Shown here: one piece after another, positions 57,759-64,000 of the stretch
Position numbering within the stretch: the stretch's first letter is position 1
Layout of the letters: each line of letters begins with the position of its first letter
NCBI GenBank assembly: GCA_023150845.1
Contig: JAKLKD010000004.1
Location: 1,283 to 65,282, forward strand
Source: Myxococcota bacterium
GTDB lineage: Bacteria; Myxococcota_A; UBA796; CAJQPC01
DNA: 64,000 bases
Direction of reading: 5' to 3'
Made by a program: the position numbers and the translations under genes
Notes under the pieces: generated by a model
What the model was told of the DNA's origin: nothing
What the model saw: the letters and a program-made list of their open reading frames with translations, nothing else
The model's database searches: none

Positions 57759-58745
57759 GTGACACACAGCCCCCCCATCGCGCGCATCAAGATCGTCGGC
57801 ACTGGGCTCTACGCGCCTGAGCGGGTGGTGACCGCCGAGGAGCTGGCGCCCCGGCTGGGGCGGAGCGCGGGGTGGATCCTCAGCCGAACCGGCGTCGCCC
57901 GGCGGCGTTACGCCGAGGGGGAGGCCCAGGAGGACATGGGCGCGGCGGCGGCGCGGCAGGCCCTTGGCGGTCGGCCCCCGGAGCTCGTGCTCAGCGCGTC
58001 GGGCTCGGCGGTGCAGGCCCTGCCGGACACGGCGACCTTCATCGCCGGGGCCCTGGGCCTGGAGGGGGTGCCGGCCTTCTCGGTGCACGCCTCGTGCCTC
58101 AGCTTCGTGGTCGGCGTGCAGGTGGCCGCGGGGCTCATCCAGGCCGGGCCCTGGCGGCGGGTGCTCCTCGTCTCGGCGGAGAAGGGCTCGCCCTCTCTCG
58201 ACCCGGACGCTCCAGAGAGCGCGGCGCTCATCGGTGACGGCGCCGCGGCGGTGGTCCTGGAGCCGACGCCGGAGGGCGAGCCGAGCGCGCTCCTCGCGTT
58301 CCAGATGACGACCTTCCCCTCGGGGGCCGCGCTCACCGAGGTCGCCGGGGGCGGCACCCGGCATCACCCCTTCGACCCCACGACGACCGACGCCCACCAG
58401 CGCTTCTTTATGGACGGCCCCCGGGTGTACCGCATGGGGCGGCAGCGTGTGGCCGAGCTCCTCGACGGGCTCTGGGGGCGCCTCGGCCACGGCCCGGAGG
58501 GGATCGACGTGGTGGTGCCGCACCAGGCCTCGGGCCCGGCCTTGGAGGCGCTGCGGCGCTTCTACGGGCTCCGGCCCGATCGTGTCGTGGACGTGATCAG
58601 CGAGTACGGGAACTGCATCGCGGCCTCGGTGCCGATGGCCTTACACGTCGCCGCCGCCGAGGGCCGCATCCGGCGTGGGGACCGCGTGCTGCTCATCGGG
58701 ACGGGCGCGGGGCTCTCCGTCGCGGGCGCCGTGTTGATCTGGTGA
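57759..58745 (+). CDS. 3-oxoacyl-ACP synthase III (FabH-like) family protein
   Basis: HASCLSF, GDGAAA, PHQAS, GNCIAAS, GTGAG. Confidence 0.88.
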   Translation: MTHSPPIARIKIVGTGLYAPERVVTAEELAPRLGRSAGWILSRTGVARRRYAEGEAQEDMGAAAARQALGGRPPELVLSASGSAVQALPDTATFIAGALGLEGVPAFSVHASCLSFVVGVQVAAGLIQAGPWRRVLLVSAEKGSPSLDPDAPESAALIGDGAAAVVLEPTPEGEPSALLAFQMTTFPSGAALTEVAGGGTRHHPFDPTTTDAHQRFFMDGPRVYRMGRQRVAELLDGLWGRLGHGPEGIDVVVPHQASGPALEALRRFYGLRPDRVVDVISEYGNCIAASVPMALHVAAAEGRIRRGDRVLLIGTGAGLSVAGAVLIW

Positions 58746-58816
58746 CAGTTCGGGGTTGCTGAGCGCCATTCGCGGGGCTATCTGACGCCCCGCTCCTCCA
58801 GCCCCGACCCCGCCCC

Positions 58817-59656
58817 ATGCCTTCGCCTGAGCTGAACCCCGGTACCCGCGGCTACATCATCCCCATCGGCGGCGCCGAAGACAAGGTGAGCGACCGCGCC
58901 ATCTTGCGCCGCTTCGTGGACCTGTGCGGCGGCAGCGCCGCGCGCATCGCCGTCATCCCGACCGCGTCGACCCTCGACACGACGGGCGGCCGGTATCGGG
59001 AGGTCTTCGGCTCCTTGGGCGTGGCCGAGGTCAACGTGCTCGACTTCCGCGAGCGCGGCGACGTCGAGCGGCTGGCCTGGGAAGACGCCATGGACAACGC
59101 CACGGGCGTCTTCTTGACCGGCGGCAACCAGCTCCGCCTCTCTACCATCTTGGGCGGCACCGCCGTCGCCACCCGCCTGCGCCGGGTGAACGCCAAGGGG
59201 GTGCACGTCGCGGGCACCTCGGCGGGCGCGGCCTTCGTCTCCGAGCACATGATCGCCTTTGGCCGTGAGGGCTCCACCCCCATTGCTGGGCAGGTCACGC
59301 TCACCCCGGGCCTCGGGCTCACCAACCGCGTCATCGTCGACCAGCACTTCCGCGAGCGGGACCGCCTCGGCCGCCTGCTCACGGCCCTGGCCTACAACCC
59401 CTTCGCCATCGGCCTCGGCCTGGACGAGGACACCGCGGCCTTCATCAACGGCGACAACCGCATCGAGGTCATCGGCACCGGCGGCATCACCGTCGTGGAC
59501 GTCTCGGCCCTGGAGCACTCCGGCATGGCGACGGCCCAGGAGGGCAAGCCCGTGCAGCTCATCGGCATCCGCCTGCACGTGCTCACCCACGGCGGCCTCT
59601 TCGACCTGCACAGCCGCCGCGCGAGCCCGGGCCCGGAGCCGGAGGATCGGCCCTGA
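58817..59656 (+). CDS. cphB: Cyanophycinase (peptidase S51)
   Basis: IGGAEDK, IPTAS, TGGNQ, GTSAGA, DQHF..RDR.GRL, GLDEDT. Confidence 0.9.
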   Translation: MPSPELNPGTRGYIIPIGGAEDKVSDRAILRRFVDLCGGSAARIAVIPTASTLDTTGGRYREVFGSLGVAEVNVLDFRERGDVERLAWEDAMDNATGVFLTGGNQLRLSTILGGTAVATRLRRVNAKGVHVAGTSAGAAFVSEHMIAFGREGSTPIAGQVTLTPGLGLTNRVIVDQHFRERDRLGRLLTALAYNPFAIGLGLDEDTAAFINGDNRIEVIGTGGITVVDVSALEHSGMATAQEGKPVQLIGIRLHVLTHGGLFDLHSRRASPGPEPEDRP

Positions 59657-59720
59657 GCCCCGGCTGACGCCCTTGGCGACGGCCTAGGCGCCCGTGTTAT
59701 GTTGAGGGTGGAGGTGCTTG

Positions 59721-59882
59721 ATGGCCCAGCCTGCCCGAAAGACCCCGCCCGCTGAGCCAGCGCCCGCTGAGCCAGCGCCCCGCGCCGACGATTCTGCGCT
59801 CTTGCGCACCTACGACGAACGAAAGGCCCACCCCGAGCCCACCGTCTCCCATGAAGAGGTAAAGCGACTGCTCGGGCTCTAA
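59721..59882 (+). CDS. Small RelB-like antitoxin (53 aa; absent from the ORF track)
   Basis: GGAGG RBS; MAQPARKTPPAEPAPAEPAPRADDSALLRTYDERKAHPEPTVSHEEVKRLLGL; the SHEEVKRLLGL terminus is typical of RelE-partner antitoxins. Confidence 0.7.
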   Translation: MAQPARKTPPAEPAPAEPAPRADDSALLRTYDERKAHPEPTVSHEEVKRLLGL

Positions 59883-59888
59883 GCGCAG

Positions 59889-60134
59889 ATTGAATGGGAT
59901 CCTCGCGCGGTGCGGGATCTGCGCAAGCTGGAGCGGGACGTTCAACGTCTCATCGTGGAGGCGGTCGAGCGCCTCGCCGTGAACCCGCGCCCGCCGGGCA
60001 GTAAGCGGCTCGTGGGCCGCGACGGCTGGCGCGTTCGTGTTCGGGACTACCGCGTGCTCTACGACATTGATGACGATCGGCTCGTCATCTGCGTCGTTCA
60101 CGTCGGGCACCGCCGCGACGTCTACGACCGCTGA
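59889..60134 (+). CDS. RelE/ParE-family toxin (start uncertain: ATT 59889 or GTG 59910)
   Basis: IEWDPRAVRDLRKL, NPRPPG.KRL.G, WRVRVRDYRVLY.I, VGHRRDVY. Confidence 0.85.
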   Translation: MEWDPRAVRDLRKLERDVQRLIVEAVERLAVNPRPPGSKRLVGRDGWRVRVRDYRVLYDIDDDRLVICVVHVGHRRDVYDR

Positions 60135-60209
60135 CCGTGGGGGCCCGCCCCCGCAACACCCGGTCATTCTTGTGCTACCTTGGGCGTAACTCTCTTCTGA
60201 GTCACGCCC

Positions 60210-62699
60210 ATGCTGAGCCTCACCCCCCTCGCCCTGCACGCCCTCCTTGGGGTCGCACAGGCCGCCTTCCCGTGTGACGGCGCGGCGGCGGACGGCGACA
60301 TCTTCTGGACCGGGGTGCTGCACGACAGCTTCGACAAGTCCTACCGCGAGCCCTTCGGCGCGGCGCCCGCCGGGGGCGGCGTCGTCGAGCTGCGCCTCCG
60401 GGCCTGCCGCCGCGACCTCAGCGTCGTCCGGGTGCGGGTCTGGGACGCCAAGGCGCGCAAAGAGAGCTGGGTTGACCTGCGCATCGCCGCGGGCTCCATC
60501 GACCCCGACCTCGGCGCCGTCGAGTACTGGATCGGCGAGCTGCCCCTGCCGTCGAGCCCGACGATCCTCTACTACTTCTTTGAGCTCCAGGACGGCGCCG
60601 ACACGGACTACTACGTCGATGACGAGCCCCTGTTCTACGGCGGCGGCCCCGGCGAGATGTCCGACACCTACGACGACACCCGCTCGTTCCAGGTGAGCGT
60701 CTACGACCCCGCCTTCGACGTGCCCGACTGGCTCGGCGAGGCCGTCGTCTACCAGATCTTCCCCGACCGTTTCCGCGACGGCGACCCCACGAACAACCCC
60801 GCCGACGGCGCGGGCTGGGCCTATGGCGGCGTGCCCAACACCACCCTGGCCTGGGGTGAGACGCCCACCGGGGACTGCGCCGGGGCCGACCAGCTCCGCG
60901 CCCAGTGCTTCGCCGGGGGTGACCTCCAGGGCGTCATCGACGAGCTCGACGGCCTCGCCGCCTTGGGCGTCACCGCGCTCTACCTGAACCCCATCTTCTC
61001 GGCCCACACGAACCACCGCTACGACACCGTGGACTGGTTCCAGATCGACGAGGAGCTCGGCGACCTCAGCACCTTCACCACGCTCCTCACCGAGGCCGAG
61101 GCCCGGGGCGTGCGGGTGATCCTCGACGGCGTGTTCAACCACGGCTCCGCCGACGCCCCGAGCTTCGACCTCTACTCCCGCTGGGACGCCTCAGGTGCGC
61201 TCACCAGCGCCGCGGGCCCTGGCGCCAACGACGGCTCCGGCGCCTGCGAGTCCCCGAGCGCCGCCACCCGCGACTGGTACTTCTTCCCCGCCACAGACAA
61301 GGCCGCCGTAGACGCCTCTGGGGCCAAGGTGCGCTGCGACGGCGTGACGTACGAGGCCTGGGGCACCTACTTTCACATCCCCAAGCTCAACCCCGAGGCC
61401 GCTGGGGTCCAGGACCTGTTCTACAACAAGGGCACGGCGTCCGTGGCGCCGTACTGGGTGAGCCTCGGCGCGGCGGGCTGGCGCCTGGACGTGGGCAGCG
61501 AGATCGACCCCGGCCTCACCGACCCCGACAACAACTCCTTCTGGGAGGACACCCGCGCCGCCGTGCGCGCGGTGAGCCCCGACGCCGTGCTCATCGGAGA
61601 GGAGTGGGACGACGACAGCCAGCTCCTCCTGGGCGGCGAGTACGACAGCCTCATGAACTACCGCTTCCGGGCGGCGGCGCTCGACTGGGCCTTTGACGCC
61701 TGCACTGGCGACGGCTGCACCGGAGGGTCGAGCTTCGCCGACGACGACAGCCAGGCCTGGCGAGAGAGCGGTGAGATCGACGCCATCAGCGAGTCCCAGC
61801 TCTGGCTGCGGCTCACGTCGATCCGCGAGGACTACCCCCGGGAGGCCCACGACGCGATGCTGAACCTCCTGGGGAGCCACGACACCGCCCGGGCGCTGTG
61901 GCTGCTGCAGAAGATCTCCGGCGATGACGCCGCCGTCGCGACCCAGAAGCTGCGGCTCTTGAGCCTCCTGCAGTACACCTGGCCCGGCGCGCCGATGACC
62001 TTCTACGGCGACGAGGTCGGGGTAGACGCCGCGAGCGTCTGGGACGGCGCCGTCTGGCGTGACGACCCCACGACCCGGGCGACCTACCCCTGGGCCGACC
62101 TCGGCTTTAGCCCCGACACCTCGCTCCGGGACCACTTCGCCGTCCTCGGCGCCGCCCGGGGCCGCTCCGAGGCCCTGCGCCGGGGCGAGGTCAGCCTCGT
62201 GCTCACCGACGACGCCGCCCGCGTCTTCGCCTTCTCCCGGCACACCGCCGACGAGACGGCCCTCATCGTGCTCAACCGCGCCGCGGCGGACCAGACCCTC
62301 ACCCTCGACGTCGCCGACCTCTTCAGCGACGGGGAGCTCGTCGTGGACGCCCTCACTGGGACGGCCTACACCGTCGTCGGCCGCGACCTCACCGTCACCG
62401 TCAGCGCCCTGAGCGGCCTCGTGCTCTTGCCCCCCGAAGGCGAAGACACCGAGCACGACACCGAGTCTCCCGATGACACGGACCCCGCCGGGGACTCCGG
62501 CCGCCCCGACGACAGCGCCTCGGACAGCGCGCCCGACGACGACACCGCCATCGACGACACGGGCGACGGGAAGGTCACCTACCCCCTGGGCTGCTCCTGC
62601 GGCGCCCGCGGCGGCGACGGCGCGGTCGGCTGGCTTGGGCTCACCCTCGCCTTGTTCTTGGCGCGTCGCCGGGGCAAACTCTCTGCAGCGTGTGACTGA
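60210..62699 (+). CDS. GH13 alpha-amylase/neopullulanase-like enzyme with MYXO-CTERM anchor
   Basis: YQIFPDRF, GGDLQG, YLNPIF, NHRYDT, DGVFNH, GWRLDV, GEEW, SHD, YGDE; C-terminal GCSCG..TM..RRR. Confidence 0.92.
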   Translation: MLSLTPLALHALLGVAQAAFPCDGAAADGDIFWTGVLHDSFDKSYREPFGAAPAGGGVVELRLRACRRDLSVVRVRVWDAKARKESWVDLRIAAGSIDPDLGAVEYWIGELPLPSSPTILYYFFELQDGADTDYYVDDEPLFYGGGPGEMSDTYDDTRSFQVSVYDPAFDVPDWLGEAVVYQIFPDRFRDGDPTNNPADGAGWAYGGVPNTTLAWGETPTGDCAGADQLRAQCFAGGDLQGVIDELDGLAALGVTALYLNPIFSAHTNHRYDTVDWFQIDEELGDLSTFTTLLTEAEARGVRVILDGVFNHGSADAPSFDLYSRWDASGALTSAAGPGANDGSGACESPSAATRDWYFFPATDKAAVDASGAKVRCDGVTYEAWGTYFHIPKLNPEAAGVQDLFYNKGTASVAPYWVSLGAAGWRLDVGSEIDPGLTDPDNNSFWEDTRAAVRAVSPDAVLIGEEWDDDSQLLLGGEYDSLMNYRFRAAALDWAFDACTGDGCTGGSSFADDDSQAWRESGEIDAISESQLWLRLTSIREDYPREAHDAMLNLLGSHDTARALWLLQKISGDDAAVATQKLRLLSLLQYTWPGAPMTFYGDEVGVDAASVWDGAVWRDDPTTRATYPWADLGFSPDTSLRDHFAVLGAARGRSEALRRGEVSLVLTDDAARVFAFSRHTADETALIVLNRAAADQTLTLDVADLFSDGELVVDALTGTAYTVVGRDLTVTVSALSGLVLLPPEGEDTEHDTESPDDTDPAGDSGRPDDSASDSAPDDDTAIDDTGDGKVTYPLGCSCGARGGDGAVGWLGLTLALFLARRRGKLSAACD

Positions 62700-62726
62700 G
62701 ACGACCCTCACCTCTGGAGAGCCCCG

Positions 62727-63110
62727 ATGAAGCGCACCGCACGAAACGTGCTCGGTGGACCCTTGGCGAGCTGCTCGACGAGCCCGATGACCGGCTTCTG
62801 GCGCGACGGCTGCTGCCAGACCGGCGAGGAGGACCTGGGGAGCCACACGATCTGCGCGAGGGTGACCGCGGACTTCTTACGCTTCTCTCGGCAGCGCGGG
62901 AACGACCTCAGCACCCCCGCGCCGCAGCACGGCTTCCCCGGCCTCAAGCCTGGCGACCAGTGGTGCCTCTGCGCCGCCCGCTGGCGGGAGGCCTACGAGG
63001 CGGGCTGCGCCCCCGACGTCGTGCTGGAGGCCACCCACGAGGCCGCCATCGAGGTCGTGCCCATCGAGGCGCTCCTCCGCCACGCCACCCAGGTCGAGGC
63101 CCTGGCCTAA
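62727..63110 (+). CDS. DUF2237 family protein
   Basis: NVLG.PL..CS..PMTGF.RDGCC, H.IC, GNDLSTP, PGD.WCLCA.RW, ATH. Confidence 0.9.
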   Translation: MKRTARNVLGGPLASCSTSPMTGFWRDGCCQTGEEDLGSHTICARVTADFLRFSRQRGNDLSTPAPQHGFPGLKPGDQWCLCAARWREAYEAGCAPDVVLEATHEAAIEVVPIEALLRHATQVEALA

Positions 63111-63580
63111 GGCGCGGTGTCGTCCCCGGTGATCGCCCGCACCGGGGTGAAGGACCAGGGCACGGTGAGCGCGGTCTCGCCGTCTGCCCCGAAGGTGAGG
63201 CTGCCGCTCACCTCGGTGTCGCGCTCCCCGGCCGCGTAGCCGCAGACGGACACGGTGACCCGGTAGGTGGAGCCCGGCGCGAGGTCGCCGAAGCTCAGGG
63301 CCCCGTCGGCCTCGAAGCCGTCGATGCAGAGGCGCTCGCCGTCGTACCCCTGGGGCGCGGAGAGGTTGATCGTGGACTCGCTCACGTTCGTGAGGTCCAG
63401 GGCCGTCGGCGCGCAGCCGCCCTCGTCGGGGTCACAGTTCAGCGGCGGGCCCTGGAAGTCCACGACGCCGAAGTCCAACGACGCCGGGCTCGCCTCGATG
63501 GGGCCCCCACCGCCGCCGCCTTTGCAGGCCGACGAGCTCAGGAGGGCGACGAGAAGGAGGGCGTAGGGAGACCGAGGCAT
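63107..63580 (-). CDS. Lipoprotein with Ig-like domain
   Basis: Lipobox SSAC; SPASLDFGVV, LTN, LAPG. Confidence 0.65.
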   Translation of the reverse strand: MPRSPYALLLVALLSSSACKGGGGGGPIEASPASLDFGVVDFQGPPLNCDPDEGGCAPTALDLTNVSESTINLSAPQGYDGERLCIDGFEADGALSFGDLAPGSTYRVTVSVCGYAAGERDTEVSGSLTFGADGETALTVPWSFTPVRAITGDDTAP

Positions 63581-64000
63581 GGACGCTCCGTGCGCTGGCG
63601 CCACGCGGCGCTGGCGCAGAGACGGTACACCAGGTCGGCCCGGCGCCGTAGCATGTCGTCCCAGGTCGTGCGCCGCTCGACCCGGCGGACCCGCCAGAGC
63701 TCCAGGGTGAGCCGCCGCCGCAGGGCGTCCACCGAGGGCGCGACGGGCAGCACGATCGGGGCGAAGGCGCGCCAGGTCTCATCGGCGAGGCGGTAGACCC
63801 GGGCGACGACGAAGCGCGCCGGGCAAGGCGTGAGATAGACGAGCTCGGCCTTCACCGGGCCCGTGGGCACCCGGCGCGGGGCGATCTCCAAGAGCGGCGT
63901 CCAGTGGTCCCCCTCGACGGACCACAAGGTCGGCGGGGCGAGCTGGATGTTGCGTAAGGCGGCGCGGTCGTCCACGGACGGCGGGGGCTCCAGGTTCGAC
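63538..64000 (-). CDS. Hypothetical protein, probably truncated at the window edge
   Basis: Open frame with host-like codon usage running to the edge; no motif recognised. Confidence 0.35.
   Translation of the reverse strand, partial: SNLEPPPSVDDRAALRNIQLAPPTLWSVEGDHWTPLLEIAPRRVPTGPVKAELVYLTPCPARFVVARVYRLADETWRAFAPIVLPVAPSVDALRRRLTLELWRVRRVERRTTWDDMLRRRADLVYRLCASAAWRQRTERPCLGLPTPSFSSPS

Noticed and set aside
1-64000. Prophage, IS element, tRNA or rRNA genes
   Set aside because: No integrase, transposase, phage structural motifs or structural RNA signatures recognised by eye; a tRNAscan/Infernal run would be needed to exclude them fully.

Overview
High-GC chromosomal window, most likely from an uncultured Myxococcota bacterium (inferred from two MYXO-CTERM proteins, an MglA-family GTPase, a TraB-like OmpA, Ser/Thr kinases and an ftp-like type III PKS operon). 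The backbone is housekeeping/metabolic: sat, nagZ, methylmalonyl-CoA epimerase, a two-permease RND pump with TolC, icmF, sdhCAB, S46 peptidase, chrA, cyanophycinase and a GH13 amylase. Several compact islets, mostly of visibly lower GC, are inserted in it: (i) a HigB-like toxin/HTH antitoxin/SecB (TAC) operon directly upstream of a two-gene ATP-grasp RiPP (graspetide) locus with a duplicated KTxxxxEE core; (ii) a DUF262 protein apparently lacking an intact HNH motif, translationally coupled to a HipA kinase with no HipB; (iii) a three-gene operon of P-loop ATPase, degenerate-ATPase partner with a DUF5678-like tail, and a retropepsin-like aspartic protease; (iv) a RelBE-like pair whose toxin lies in frame behind the antitoxin stop codon with no canonical start. 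Islets (ii) and (iii) are the best candidates for undescribed defence/conflict systems. I saw no rRNA, tRNA, CRISPR array, integrase or transposase. All family assignments come from motif recognition by eye, not from database searches.
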